DNA of 64,000 bases from a virus (IMGVR_UViG_3300028394_000001:1-64000), one strand, 5' to 3'; numbered from the stretch's first letter, positions 1-11,352 are shown. The notes: generated by a model not told the origin, from the sequence alone. Made by a program: numbers and translations.

Positions 1-1000
1 CAGTTTCAATCAGTTCTTATGCTAATGGTGCTTTTGATATAGCTAATTCAGCTAGTTCATATGCTAATGGTGCATTCACTATAGCTAATACAGCCAGTTC
101 TAATACAGTTTCAATCAGTTCCTATGCTAATGGTGCTTTTGCTGCTGCTAATACAAGTTCTGGTGGTGCAGGGTCTGCCAGTTCTTATGCTAATTCTGCT
201 TTTGCTGTAGCTAATACAGCCAGTTCTAATACAGTTTCAATCAGTTCTTATGCTAATGGTGCTTTTGGTATAGCTAATTCAGCTAGTTCTTATGCCAATG
301 GCGCATTCGCTGTAGCTAATACAGCCAGTTCTAATACAGTTTCAATCAGTTCTTATGCTAATGGTGCTTTTGATATAGCTAATTCAGCTAGTTCATATGC
401 TAATGGTGCATTCACTATAGCTAATACAGCCAGTTCTAATACAGTTTCAATCAGTTCCTATGCCAACTCTGCTTTTGGCATTTCTAACTCAGCCAGTTCT
501 TATGCTAATGGTGCTTTTGGCATTGCTAACTCAGCCAGTTCTTATGCTAATGGTGCATTCGCTGTAGCTAATACAGCCAGTTCCAATACAGTTTCAATTA
601 GTTCCTATGCCAACTCTGCATTCGATGTAGCTAATACAGCCAGTTCCAATACAGTTTCAATCAGTTCTTATGCTAATTCTGCTTTTGCTGTAGCTAATAC
701 AGCCAGTTCCAATACAGTTTCAATCAGTTCTTATGCTAATTCTGCTTTTGCTGCTGCTAATACTGGTTCTGCTGTAACAGCAGCCGGTTCCTATGCCAAC
801 TCTGCATTCACACAAGCTAATACAGCAATACCAGCAGGTTCTTATGCTAATGGTGCTTTTGCTGGTGCTAATACAGCCAGTTCATATGCTAATAGTGCTT
901 TTGCGGCCGCTAATACTGGTTCAGGTGGTGCATCAGGTTTTTATGCTAACAGTGCTTACCTACAAGCAAATGCCGCGTTTGCTGCAGCTAATACTGCTTC
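1..1000 (+). repeat. Coding tandem repeat array of 42-nt and 63-nt units
   Basis: Recurring AGTTC(T/A/C)TATGC(T/C)AA and GCTAATACAGCCAGTTCTAATACAGTTTCAATC; unit lengths are multiples of 7 codons. Confidence 0.9.
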
Positions 1001-1376
1001 TGGTGGTAGTACATCTATTCCTTTGGTTCTCAATGATATTTCGTCACAATTTGATGGCATAAAACAGGTGTTTAGTTTAAAGGTTGACCAAGCAAATGTA
1101 AGCAATACATCTATAACACAATCAAAAAATTTAGAAGTTATAGTAAACGGCCGAAGACTTGCGCCATATATTCAAGAACTCCGTTATCCTTGGTTAACCC
1201 CATACGATTCTTATAAAGGTTTTCGTGTAGTTGCAACCTCCAATTCGGCTGATTTAATACTATATAATACAGCAGACTCAGGAGACCAAGCTATTTTAAC
1301 TATCATAAATACTATATCAACAGTCCAAACAAGGAAATATCCATTTTCCGTGGCCACAATAGCTCTAGGAGATTAA
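3..1376 (+). CDS. 5'-truncated tail fibre-like protein with 14/21-aa SYANGAF repeats (the track's 1023..1376 ORF is its C-terminus)
   Basis: Frame open from position 3 (VSISSYANGAFDIANSASSYANGAFTIANTASSNT...) to TAA at 1374-1376. Confidence 0.8.
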   Translation, partial: VSISSYANGAFDIANSASSYANGAFTIANTASSNTVSISSYANGAFAAANTSSGGAGSASSYANSAFAVANTASSNTVSISSYANGAFGIANSASSYANGAFAVANTASSNTVSISSYANGAFDIANSASSYANGAFTIANTASSNTVSISSYANSAFGISNSASSYANGAFGIANSASSYANGAFAVANTASSNTVSISSYANSAFDVANTASSNTVSISSYANSAFAVANTASSNTVSISSYANSAFAAANTGSAVTAAGSYANSAFTQANTAIPAGSYANGAFAGANTASSYANSAFAAANTGSGGASGFYANSAYLQANAAFAAANTASGGSTSIPLVLNDISSQFDGIKQVFSLKVDQANVSNTSITQSKNLEVIVNGRRLAPYIQELRYPWLTPYDSYKGFRVVATSNSADLILYNTADSGDQAILTIINTISTVQTRKYPFSVATIALGD

Positions 1377-1382
1377 TTCAAA

Positions 1383-4262
1383 ATGTCAAAACATGTAATA
1401 TTAGAAGCGTATTCTTTTAACAAAGATACAAAAACAATTACTATAACTGGTAAAAATATCCGTAGGGAACAACTATTGTTGATTACAAATACCACAACAG
1501 GTACAGTGATATATAATTTTTCTGATCCATCGTTGCAAGCCACAAGTTACACCAACTCTGTCGATACAACAGGTCTAGAAACAACTACAATTATTCTCAA
1601 TTATAATACAGCGGCGATGGCCAATTCTGATAAGTTAGCAATTCTAACAGAAGAAACTTATCAAGAAATGACTCCTTCGGAAACAATGCGTGATCCAGTG
1701 GATAAAATGCGTGTTAGTACTCCTCAAGCATTGATTGACACCGACTTCGAATACGGTATGCAACCCACAAAATGGGAAAGTTTGACTTTGACCAATAATA
1801 GACCTTGTGCTTTCTATGATTTTACTCAAGGTATTACCTCGGTTGCAAGTAATGCATCATTCGTCGGTGGTGGTGGAACAGCATCTAGTGGTAGTTACAC
1901 GATTACCGGCATGACTGCTGCTTCTAAAGTGGTTACAGTTACAATTGCTAATACCACAGGTCTTACTGTAGGTACTCCAATTTTCGTTCAAGGTACATTA
2001 GATGATGCCAATGTGAGCGGATGGTGGTTAATTGAAGGTGTTACTGGGTCCACTAGTTTTACTTTTAGTGTAACCAATACTCCAGCTGCATCATTATTCG
2101 ATACCAACAAAACTACTTTTTTTGTGGGTTATTTCTATACTGGGGCTGCTATTCCAGTCAGTGCATCTTCGAGTGCTGCATTTGTTAATACTGGTACCAC
2201 AGTAACCGGAACAACTACTAATGACCACGGTCTTCGTGTAGGTGATGCAATTTATGTTATTGGTACGACCGCCACTTCCAATCCTCCTAACGGAAGTTGG
2301 GTAGTTGCAACAACTCCAACAAACACAACATTCACCTTTATAGTAAATAATGCACCTACAGGTTCTAATATCACAGGTGCGGGTGGTGCCAATGCTACAC
2401 TATATGCACGTCCATTAGGATATATTGCACACAGACCTTTCGACGGTGGCGTGGGTTTTGGTAATTTACTTCCTTATCATGGTTATCAAGTTATTCGTCA
2501 AACAAGACGCCAGTTCCGTTATCAAAGTGGTAAAGGTATACAGTTCTCTACCGGTACTGTTTTAAAACCACAATTAAATGCAGACAATTTAACTAGTAGT
2601 GGTGCTACAGTAACAGTGACCACAAAATATCCACACGGTCTATTTGCTGGAGCTAATGTCCAGGTCAGTGGTTGTACTCAAACAGCTTATAATGGTACAT
2701 TTGCGGTGGCCTCAACGCCAACTCCAATAACATTTACCTATACAGCATTAAGCACACCAAGTGCAACACCTGCAACAGGAACTCCAATTGTTAGTCCAAG
2801 TAGTTGGTACGGTGCTAGTAACCGTGTTGGTATGTTTGATTCTCAAAACGGATTTTATTTTGAATTTGATGGCCAGACAATTTATACTGTTCGTCGTTCT
2901 AGCACTTTTCAAATTAGCGGTGTAGCAGCAACCACCAACGGAAGTCAAAGTGTTGTTGGTACAAATACCAAATTTAGTAGTCAATTAACACCTGGTGATT
3001 TTATTGTTATTCGTGGACAAAGTTATTTAGTTCAACAAATTACCACTGATACACAGATGTATATCTACCCCGAATATCGCGGTGTAACTTCTAGTAATTC
3101 TCAAATTAGTAAAACGATTAACACACGTTATGCTCAAAGTAGTTGGAATATTGACAAGATGGATGGAACTGGTGCAAGTTTAATGACATTAGACCTATCT
3201 AAAATGCAAATGTTATACATCGACTATAGTTGGTATGGTGCAGGTGCTATACGTTTTGGATTTAAAAATAATCGTGGTGAAGTTGTATACTGCCACAGAA
3301 TTTCAAACAACAATTTAAATAATGAAGCATATATGCGTAGTGGTAATTTGGTAGCTAGATATGAAGTCAATCATCTACCTAACTATACATATTTAACCTC
3401 AACCCTATCAAGCGCAGCTACAACTGGTGCTACAATTTCTGTTAATGATACTACAGGTTGGCCAACCAGTGGAACAGTTGTGTTGACTAGTGCTGCAGCA
3501 ACTGGTGCAATAATCGAATATATTACATATAGTGCTAAAACTACAAATACTTTAACAATCAGTGCTCGTGGTGCAACTGGCGGCAGTGGTGCAACTACAT
3601 TCACATACTCAGCAACAGCTCCAATTAAGGCAGAACTCTATAGTCCACAAGCGGCTAGTCAGATAAGTCACTGGGGTTCTAGTGTTATCATGGACGGACG
3701 TTACGATGATGATAAAAGTTTGGTGTTTAACGTGGGTAGTAATTCTGCGTTATCCAATTTGGCGCAAGGTACTCGTCAACCTCTTTTGAGTTTGCGTATT
3801 GCTCCTAGTGTTGATAATGGTTTAACCGGTTTACTTGGCGTAAAAGAAATTATCAACCGTATGCAACTAACCCTGCGTCAGATGGACGTTTTTGCCGTCG
3901 GTACCGCTTTTCGTATTGAAGTGTTTTTAAATTCGCGCCTAAGTGGTGGTACTTGGGCACCCATAGGTGGTTCAAGTTTAGCTCAATATATTTTTCATAC
4001 TGGCGGCCAAACTATTACTGGTGGTGAAAACATTTTTGGATTCTTTACTTCTAGAGACGGTACAGTATCACAAGAATTAACACAAGTTAGAGACATTGGT
4101 AATAGTATTTTAGGTGGCGGCACATCAACATCCGCTAGTACGAATCCTGCAAATATTTACCCAGATGGTCCAGATATAATTACAGTTTGTTGTACAAATA
4201 TTACTTCAAATACTACAAACACAATTAATAGTCGTTTAAGTTGGACAGAAGCTCAAGCTTAA
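1383..4262 (+). CDS. Virion structural / tail fibre-associated protein, 959 aa
   Basis: Thr/Ser/Gly-rich beta modules; located in the fibre cluster upstream of the neck genes. Confidence 0.6.
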   Translation: MSKHVILEAYSFNKDTKTITITGKNIRREQLLLITNTTTGTVIYNFSDPSLQATSYTNSVDTTGLETTTIILNYNTAAMANSDKLAILTEETYQEMTPSETMRDPVDKMRVSTPQALIDTDFEYGMQPTKWESLTLTNNRPCAFYDFTQGITSVASNASFVGGGGTASSGSYTITGMTAASKVVTVTIANTTGLTVGTPIFVQGTLDDANVSGWWLIEGVTGSTSFTFSVTNTPAASLFDTNKTTFFVGYFYTGAAIPVSASSSAAFVNTGTTVTGTTTNDHGLRVGDAIYVIGTTATSNPPNGSWVVATTPTNTTFTFIVNNAPTGSNITGAGGANATLYARPLGYIAHRPFDGGVGFGNLLPYHGYQVIRQTRRQFRYQSGKGIQFSTGTVLKPQLNADNLTSSGATVTVTTKYPHGLFAGANVQVSGCTQTAYNGTFAVASTPTPITFTYTALSTPSATPATGTPIVSPSSWYGASNRVGMFDSQNGFYFEFDGQTIYTVRRSSTFQISGVAATTNGSQSVVGTNTKFSSQLTPGDFIVIRGQSYLVQQITTDTQMYIYPEYRGVTSSNSQISKTINTRYAQSSWNIDKMDGTGASLMTLDLSKMQMLYIDYSWYGAGAIRFGFKNNRGEVVYCHRISNNNLNNEAYMRSGNLVARYEVNHLPNYTYLTSTLSSAATTGATISVNDTTGWPTSGTVVLTSAAATGAIIEYITYSAKTTNTLTISARGATGGSGATTFTYSATAPIKAELYSPQAASQISHWGSSVIMDGRYDDDKSLVFNVGSNSALSNLAQGTRQPLLSLRIAPSVDNGLTGLLGVKEIINRMQLTLRQMDVFAVGTAFRIEVFLNSRLSGGTWAPIGGSSLAQYIFHTGGQTITGGENIFGFFTSRDGTVSQELTQVRDIGNSILGGGTSTSASTNPANIYPDGPDIITVCCTNITSNTTNTINSRLSWTEAQA

Positions 4263-4280
4263 TTAATATTAGGAATTTAA

Positions 4281-4931
4281 ATGTCATCTAGAGACTATAT
4301 AAAACACCTAGTCGCTAACACATCTTCATTACCGGGAGGAAAAAATCTTGGCGATGAAGTTTTTGATCCGGCTTTAAATAAGTTATACAAAAATATAGCG
4401 GTTAACGGTACGACCGTTACTCCTGTAGAGCTTGTTACTACAATTTCAAATAATGTTGCTAACTCAGCCAGTTTCTATGCAAATGGTGCATTTGGTGCTG
4501 CTAATTCTTCTGGTTCTTATGCTAACTCAGCATTTGCTATTGCTAACACAGCAACACCAGCTGGATCATATGCTAACTCAGCATTTGCTAAAGCTAATTC
4601 AAGAGTAACATTAATAACTGATGGAACTACATTGCCTATCAATACAGATACTACAGATATAGCTTATCAAATAAATACACAAGCAGCTGGAACACTTACA
4701 ATAAGTGTTTCTGGAACTCCCGTAAATGGCCAAAAACTCATAATTAGGATTAAATCGACAAATGCACAAACATTTGCTTTTTCTAGTTCCTGGGCAGCTG
4801 GTTCCACAGATTTGACATTACCAACTGTATCATCAGGACTAGCAGGAGTAGCCAAAACGGACTACATGGGATTTATATATAACACGACAGAAACAAAATG
4901 GCATATAATAGCTAAGAATTTTGGTTTCTAA
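4281..4931 (+). CDS. Fibre-associated protein with SYANSAF repeats
   Basis: Shares the repeat of the first ORF. Confidence 0.55.
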   Translation: MSSRDYIKHLVANTSSLPGGKNLGDEVFDPALNKLYKNIAVNGTTVTPVELVTTISNNVANSASFYANGAFGAANSSGSYANSAFAIANTATPAGSYANSAFAKANSRVTLITDGTTLPINTDTTDIAYQINTQAAGTLTISVSGTPVNGQKLIIRIKSTNAQTFAFSSSWAAGSTDLTLPTVSSGLAGVAKTDYMGFIYNTTETKWHIIAKNFGF

Positions 4932-4952
4932 TCATTAGTTAAGGAAAATAAA

Positions 4953-5159
4953 ATGGAAGATATTATAAATCAAATTGATGGAAAAGTTCAAGTAATCTTT
5001 GAAAAGTCTGATGGAGATAGGACGTACAGAGATGCTCTATGGTTCTCTCAAGAAGAATATGATGCATTGACACCTGAACAAATTTCGACAATGCAACAAG
5101 AAAGATTTGATAATTGGTTGGCTATCATTAATGCATTACCAACTGAACCTACCGAGTAA
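4953..5159 (+). CDS. Small acidic protein, possible fibre chaperone
   Basis: AAGGA SD; lies between fibre genes. Confidence 0.5.
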   Translation: MEDIINQIDGKVQVIFEKSDGDRTYRDALWFSQEEYDALTPEQISTMQQERFDNWLAIINALPTEPTE

Positions 5160-5165
5160 TAACTA

Positions 5166-8100
5166 ATGGCCAGCAGATTTTGGGTAGGTGGCACAGGAAC
5201 TTGGGATTCTACTACAACAACCAACTGGGCTGCTTTATCTGGTGGCACCGGCGGGCAGACAGCTCCCACTAATGCAGACACTGTTACTTTTGATTCGCTT
5301 TCAGGTACTGGTACAGTTACGGTCGCAGCATCTGCTGTTTCATTAAACACTACACACAATGCCGCAAATATTAATTTATCGTTGTCCGGTAGCCCTACAT
5401 TGTGTACTGTTGCCGGTACCTTCACCCTTACATTAGGTACAATCACCCTAAACAATAATAATTTAACTACCGGTAAATTCAGTTCCACAGGTACCGGCGT
5501 TCGTTCAATTGCATTTGGGACATCAGGTTCTATAACAGTTAATGCTGCAGGTGGAACTCTTTGGACAACACAAGTAACAACAAACATGACAAACACTGGT
5601 ACACCAGTTGTTAATGTTTCTTATGCCGGTGCTCTAGCTACAACTGTGTTGGCTGGAACTTTTTCTGAAGCAAATTCAATAAGTTATAATTTTACAGCAG
5701 GAACATATGCATTAACATTCTTGAATGGTTCTGGTTATACAGCAAAGAGTGTTGATTTTACCGGATGGACAGGTTCATGGCAGTCAATCTCAACAGTTAC
5801 ATTTTATGGAGGTTTTAAACTTGTAGGTGGATCATTCACAAACAGTTCATTAGGATGGACATTTGGTGCAACAAGTGGAACCTATACGATTGATACAAAT
5901 CAAGGTGTACCTAAATTAATTTTTAATGGTGCCGGTGGAACTTGGAATTTAGCTAGAGGTATTGGTAGTACAAATTCTGCAATACAAGTGTTAGCTGGGA
6001 CATTTAATACAAATAATTTTGCATTGTCCATTCTTCAATTAGATAGTGCTACCAATACAAGCGTTAGAGCTATTAATTTAGGCAGTTCAAATGTAAGTTT
6101 ATCTAGTACAACTTTACCAGTGACATTAGATTCAACCAATTTAACATTTACTCATACCGGTGGTACTATTACTTGTACCTCAGCAATTACTGGCTCGACA
6201 TTTGCTGGCGGAGGAGTAACTTTTTATAATGTAACTATTACTGAGCTTAGCCCAACTATAACAGGTACGAATACTTTTAATAATTTAACATTCACCGCAG
6301 CAAGCGCCGGCTTACAATATTATATTTCGTTTAGTAATAATCAAACAATAAATGGAACTTTAACGGCGGCGGGATTCTCGGCCACTAATCGTAGAAATTT
6401 TAGAGCTACTAACGTCGGAACACAAGTAACTATAACAGCAGCAGCAGTGTCATTAAGTAATCTTAATTTTAAGGATATTAATGCTGGTGGAAGTACTTGG
6501 TCAGGAACATCATTAGGTAATCTAGGCAATAATAATAATATAACATTTCCGGCCGCAAAAACAGTTTATTTAAGTTCAACTGTCAATGGTGCTGCTGGAC
6601 TTAATTGGACTGACAATATTTGGGCAACATCTCAAGCAGGTACACCTAGTGCTGCCAATTTTCCATTACCGCAAGATACAGCTTTTATAACTAATTCTGG
6701 TTGGAATAGTAGTCTTTCTGCAAACACTCTGCAAACGTCTTCTTACGATACACTTTGCAATTTAGATTTGTCAGGTAGAACACTTGCAATGATATTTCTT
6801 ATAAACTCTGTTAATGCGGCTGGAAGTATTACATTTGGTTCAGGCCAGACTTTTCCAGGATCAGGAACAATAACATTACTTGGAAATTCACAAACACTTA
6901 ATTTTGCAGGCAAGACTCTTCCAAACTCTTTAACTATGGATACCGGAACAGGAACGGTAACATTAGCTGCAGCTACAACACTCAATCAAACATCTTTTTC
7001 TCATTCTAGTGGCACTTTAAATTTAAATGGTTTCACTTTAACTGTAGGATCATATGTATCAGGTACGACAAGAAGTAGACAGGTTCAATTTGGTACTAAT
7101 AACATCGTGATGAGCGGCTCAGGTTTTTTAAATGTACTTGATGCTACAAACTGGAGTTTTACGGGAACTGGTGGTTTTACAAGCACACAATTTAGCTCAG
7201 CACAATCAATCACTTTTGGTTCTACAGCTGGCGGTACATCTTCAAATGCACCTAATTTTTCGTTATTACCTGCTGCGTCGATGACCACATCCCTGACTAT
7301 TACAACAGGTTCTTGGTTTAATAATTTAAGTTTTGGTTTAAATTATAATGGAAGTACGAACGCAACTACAGTAAATGTTGCTGGTGATTTAACTTTAACT
7401 GGTGGAACACACACTAATGTAACTGTAAATATGCAAGATACTGGTGCAATTATTGCATCTTCAAAAATATTAGCTAATGTATTTGTTTTGGGTGGAACAA
7501 CGACAATAAGTGGTACAGCAAACACCGCAGATCCTTCAGGTGTTTTTACAGTCAATGGTGGCACGTTTACACACCCTGCAGGCGCGACACTTAATGCAAA
7601 CACAATTGCATTAACCTCAGGTACAGTAAATTTTAATGGTGGTACAGTACCCAAAACAAATACATTTAACCACACTTCCGGTACAGTCAATGTAACAGTG
7701 AACACATCCTTGCGAACAACGCCGCCAGCAACATCTGGTACTTACACATTTACAGCCGGTACAATATCCATTTCTGACGGTGTTACATTCGAGGTAGGGC
7801 AATTCAGTTCAAATAATACCAATACTCGTTCAATTGCATTTGGTGTTACCACTGCTGGATTTTTATACCTGGGCCAGCAAGGCAATGGTCAAACTGTTTT
7901 AGATATGGCTACCGCAACTGGATTTACTTGGACAGGTCCAGGTGCATTTACGACAACCAATTTATACACTAGAACAATAGCTTTTGGTAGTACAGCAGGT
8001 GGATCAGTTGCAAATGCGCCTAATTTTACTTTTCTTTCTACTCTTTCTTCTGTTACAACCATTGTAAGCGGCAGTTGGTTTAATATACTTGATTATGGTC

Positions 8101-10535
8101 TTAGTACTTTTAACAACCCAAGCACAACTGTTATAAATGTAAGGTCTGTCATTTTTAACCGCGGCAATTTTGGCGGTTACGGAGGATGTCAATTTTTTAT
8201 GCAGGCTACTGGTGTCATTGACGGTGGTGCATCAGCGTTTCCAACAACAGCGGGCCCCACCGGAACGGGTTCAGTAACTTGTGTTGCAGGAACAACTACA
8301 CTAATTACTAGACTAACATCACCTATACTTACTGTAAATGGTGGAACATTCATACAACCCTCAGGCGCGTCACTCAACGTAGCCACAATTACAGTAACTA
8401 CAGGTACATTGAATCTGGCTGGTGGTGCTGGCACGATGGCGGCTGTGACGACCTTTAATCATACTTCCGGCACAGTCAATGTAACAAATACCGTGGCCAC
8501 GGCAGCGGCTCCATATACATTTACAGCCGGTACATTATCTATTTCTGACGGTGTTACATTCACAGTTGGTAGATTTATTTCAAATAATACCAATACTCGT
8601 TCAATTGCATTTGGTGTTACCACTGCTGGATATATTGATCTAAGTCCTGGAGTTAGTGGAGTGACTAGATTAGATATGGCCGATGTGACTGGTTTTACCT
8701 ACACTGGTTCCGGTGGTTTTACCAGTTCTATGGGGGCCACAGCAACATTTACTTTTGGTACAACAAGTGGTTCTATTACAAATTCAGTAAGAATGTATAT
8801 TAACGGAGGCACCGCGGTCCCAAGTTTCAGTACGGGCAGTTGGTTTAGGTTATTAGATTTCACTGGCAACTCATCAACTCCAGCAGCAACAGTATTGAAT
8901 TTAACTGCATTAACACTTACAGTAGGCGATTATACTGCTTTAGGTGCAACAATGGTTGACACAGGTACCATCACAACCAATAGTAAAACTATTGCAGCAT
9001 TCACCGTTAATCATTCAGGCACTACCACATTGGCTGGTTCATTGGGTGTGACCACATACACGCAAACATCAGGAACTATGAATTTTGCCACATTCAATTT
9101 AAGTTGTTCAGGTGCAGTAAATTATACAGGTGGTACATTAAATAATTTTGGGATTATTGCATGTACAACATTCACAATCAATGGTCCTGCATTTACGTTC
9201 TCTAGTGGTACAATTTCTCCAACAATTGGTTTTTTTCTGACATCAGGTTCATTCACATATGGTGGTACTGCTACATTGAGTCCCGCTCTTGGATTTACTA
9301 CATTTAATCATACTGCTGGTACTGTTACTTTTAATAAAAATTGGAGCATGACCTTTATCGCGGGCGCTGGGACTTACACGCTTACTAGTGGATCATTAAT
9401 ACTGGCTGATGGAGTTACACTGACTGTTGGTGCATTTAGTTCTTCTGGTACAGGTACACGTTCTATTGCATTTGGTAACACAACTGCGGGTAACATCAGG
9501 TTAAGCCATGAAACTGCTGGAACTACAGTATTGAATATGAGTGACATTACTGGATTTACATTTAGCGGTCTTGGAGGATTTACTGTTACTACAATGCCCA
9601 ATACAAGAACATTCACTTGTGGTACCGGTGGGGGAAGTCTGAGTAATGCACCAAATTTAACATTTGGTTCAGGTTCTAGTACTGCAACAATAACGAGTGG
9701 TAGTTTCTTTAAAAATTTAGATTTTGGAACAACATCATTTACTCTCCCAACATCGACCATATACTTATACGGTAATTTGACATTATCAAGTACTGGCACA
9801 TACACCGGATTGACCGCAAGAGCGTCTGGTATCAGCCATACAATTACCAGCAACGGCAAAACAATAACAGAATTAGGTGTTAATATCACAGGTACTGCAA
9901 CCTTGGCTGACGCACTGAGTGCAACCACACTCAGATTAAACGGCGGTATACTGAGTTGTTCAACATTCTCTGTGACAAGCAGTACATTCGTTAGTACCTT
10001 ATCCAACACCAGGTCCATGACCGGATCCGGCACATACACTATAACTGGATCAGGTGCTACAGCATTCTCAAATGCATTAACCGGTTTAACAATAAGCGGA
10101 TTGACTATCAGCATGACTTCCGCCTCAGCAAAAACATTTGCCGGTGGCGGCGGTACTTATCCAGTGTTAAATCAAGGCGGTGCTGGTGCATTGGAAATAT
10201 CGGGCGATAATTCATTTAGTGACCTAACATCAACCACATTACCCAGCACAATTAGTTTTTGGTCATTGTCCACGCAGACATTTGCCGCATTTACTCTTTC
10301 AGGCACATCTGGCAATTTAGTCACAATCAACAGCACTGTTGCAGGAATCCAAGCCACATTGAGTAAAGCATCAGGCACGGTGAGTGTTGGATTTTTAAGC
10401 ATACGAGATTCCAATGCCACAGGTGGCGCAGCATGGTATGCAGGCACAACATCAACCAATGTGAGCAACAATACAGGTTGGATATTTACTGCGCCGGGCA
10501 GCGCGTATAAAGGAAACTTTTTTGCTTTCTTTTAA
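5166..10535 (+). CDS. Large adhesin-like (predicted beta-helix) tail protein, 1789 aa
   Basis: G/T/S/N-rich, with repeated FTAGT...FSSxxTxxRSIAFG modules. Confidence 0.65.
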   Translation: MASRFWVGGTGTWDSTTTTNWAALSGGTGGQTAPTNADTVTFDSLSGTGTVTVAASAVSLNTTHNAANINLSLSGSPTLCTVAGTFTLTLGTITLNNNNLTTGKFSSTGTGVRSIAFGTSGSITVNAAGGTLWTTQVTTNMTNTGTPVVNVSYAGALATTVLAGTFSEANSISYNFTAGTYALTFLNGSGYTAKSVDFTGWTGSWQSISTVTFYGGFKLVGGSFTNSSLGWTFGATSGTYTIDTNQGVPKLIFNGAGGTWNLARGIGSTNSAIQVLAGTFNTNNFALSILQLDSATNTSVRAINLGSSNVSLSSTTLPVTLDSTNLTFTHTGGTITCTSAITGSTFAGGGVTFYNVTITELSPTITGTNTFNNLTFTAASAGLQYYISFSNNQTINGTLTAAGFSATNRRNFRATNVGTQVTITAAAVSLSNLNFKDINAGGSTWSGTSLGNLGNNNNITFPAAKTVYLSSTVNGAAGLNWTDNIWATSQAGTPSAANFPLPQDTAFITNSGWNSSLSANTLQTSSYDTLCNLDLSGRTLAMIFLINSVNAAGSITFGSGQTFPGSGTITLLGNSQTLNFAGKTLPNSLTMDTGTGTVTLAAATTLNQTSFSHSSGTLNLNGFTLTVGSYVSGTTRSRQVQFGTNNIVMSGSGFLNVLDATNWSFTGTGGFTSTQFSSAQSITFGSTAGGTSSNAPNFSLLPAASMTTSLTITTGSWFNNLSFGLNYNGSTNATTVNVAGDLTLTGGTHTNVTVNMQDTGAIIASSKILANVFVLGGTTTISGTANTADPSGVFTVNGGTFTHPAGATLNANTIALTSGTVNFNGGTVPKTNTFNHTSGTVNVTVNTSLRTTPPATSGTYTFTAGTISISDGVTFEVGQFSSNNTNTRSIAFGVTTAGFLYLGQQGNGQTVLDMATATGFTWTGPGAFTTTNLYTRTIAFGSTAGGSVANAPNFTFLSTLSSVTTIVSGSWFNILDYGLSTFNNPSTTVINVRSVIFNRGNFGGYGGCQFFMQATGVIDGGASAFPTTAGPTGTGSVTCVAGTTTLITRLTSPILTVNGGTFIQPSGASLNVATITVTTGTLNLAGGAGTMAAVTTFNHTSGTVNVTNTVATAAAPYTFTAGTLSISDGVTFTVGRFISNNTNTRSIAFGVTTAGYIDLSPGVSGVTRLDMADVTGFTYTGSGGFTSSMGATATFTFGTTSGSITNSVRMYINGGTAVPSFSTGSWFRLLDFTGNSSTPAATVLNLTALTLTVGDYTALGATMVDTGTITTNSKTIAAFTVNHSGTTTLAGSLGVTTYTQTSGTMNFATFNLSCSGAVNYTGGTLNNFGIIACTTFTINGPAFTFSSGTISPTIGFFLTSGSFTYGGTATLSPALGFTTFNHTAGTVTFNKNWSMTFIAGAGTYTLTSGSLILADGVTLTVGAFSSSGTGTRSIAFGNTTAGNIRLSHETAGTTVLNMSDITGFTFSGLGGFTVTTMPNTRTFTCGTGGGSLSNAPNLTFGSGSSTATITSGSFFKNLDFGTTSFTLPTSTIYLYGNLTLSSTGTYTGLTARASGISHTITSNGKTITELGVNITGTATLADALSATTLRLNGGILSCSTFSVTSSTFVSTLSNTRSMTGSGTYTITGSGATAFSNALTGLTISGLTISMTSASAKTFAGGGGTYPVLNQGGAGALEISGDNSFSDLTSTTLPSTISFWSLSTQTFAAFTLSGTSGNLVTINSTVAGIQATLSKASGTVSVGFLSIRDSNATGGAAWYAGTTSTNVSNNTGWIFTAPGSAYKGNFFAFF

Positions 10536-10580
10536 TGATACTTTTTATGTTAGATAAATAAGACATAATAGGAGTTTTTC

Positions 10581-11351
10581 ATGGCAACAATTAACAATAG
10601 ACAAGATTTCAAAGAGTACTGCCTTCGTAGGTTGGGTGCGCCTGTCATTGACATTAACATGGATGACGACCAAATTGAAGATAGAATTGATGATGCAATT
10701 CAATACTGGCAAGATTATCATTTTGACGGCACTCAAAAATTCTATTGGATTCGCACTTTAGGACCAAATGACGCCAATAACAGTTACATATCTACAGCCG
10801 GAATTACAGATGAGAGTAATAATGCAATAGAAATTCTTGGCGTTACTAAAGTATTTCCAATGTCAGATAGTCAATCTGGAACTAACATGTTTGACCTAAG
10901 ATACCAACTTCGTCTAAATGAACTTTATGATTTTACATCAGCTTCCTATGTTAATTATATTTTAACACACCAACATCTTCGTTCTTTAGAATTAATGTTT
11001 ACTGGGTCTGTTCCTATTCGTTTCAACAGAGCAACACAAAGATTACATATTGATATGAGTAAAACAATTGCTGATAACCAGGCCATGGCAATTGTTGCTG
11101 AATGTTATGGTAGTATTAATCCATCTTCTTATCCAAAAATTTGGGAGGATCGTTGGTTAAAACTTTACGCAACGGCTCTAATTAAGAAAAATTGGGGTGA
11201 AAATATGAAAAAATTTGGAGGTATCCAATTACCAGGTGGAATAACATTAAACGGCAAAGAAGTTTTTGACGAAGCTGTCGAGGAAATAAATCAACTTCAT
11301 TCAGAAATGGAAACAAATTACGGCGGCCCTCTAGAATTTATGATGAACTAA
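10581..11351 (+). CDS. gp13: Neck protein
   Basis: YCLRRLGAPVIDIN, GIQLPGGITLNG motifs; synteny. Confidence 0.93.
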   Translation: MATINNRQDFKEYCLRRLGAPVIDINMDDDQIEDRIDDAIQYWQDYHFDGTQKFYWIRTLGPNDANNSYISTAGITDESNNAIEILGVTKVFPMSDSQSGTNMFDLRYQLRLNELYDFTSASYVNYILTHQHLRSLELMFTGSVPIRFNRATQRLHIDMSKTIADNQAMAIVAECYGSINPSSYPKIWEDRWLKLYATALIKKNWGENMKKFGGIQLPGGITLNGKEVFDEAVEEINQLHSEMETNYGGPLEFMMN

Positions 11352-11352
11352 T

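Noticed and set aside
1-1000. CRISPR-like array
   Set aside because: Repeats are in-frame coding units with no unique spacers, and no cas genes are present.
793-1062. 89-aa ORF in the track
   Set aside because: Out-of-frame shadow of the long repeat-protein frame.
7660-8635. Diversity-generating retroelement TR/VR pair
   Set aside because: Differences are not adenine-specific, both copies are in-frame within one gene, and there is no reverse transcriptase in the window.
5048-10471. Minus-strand Val/Pro-rich ORFs (e.g. 5048..5596, 9374..10114)
   Set aside because: Antisense shadows of the Thr/Gly-rich adhesin gene; no SD or recognisable motifs.
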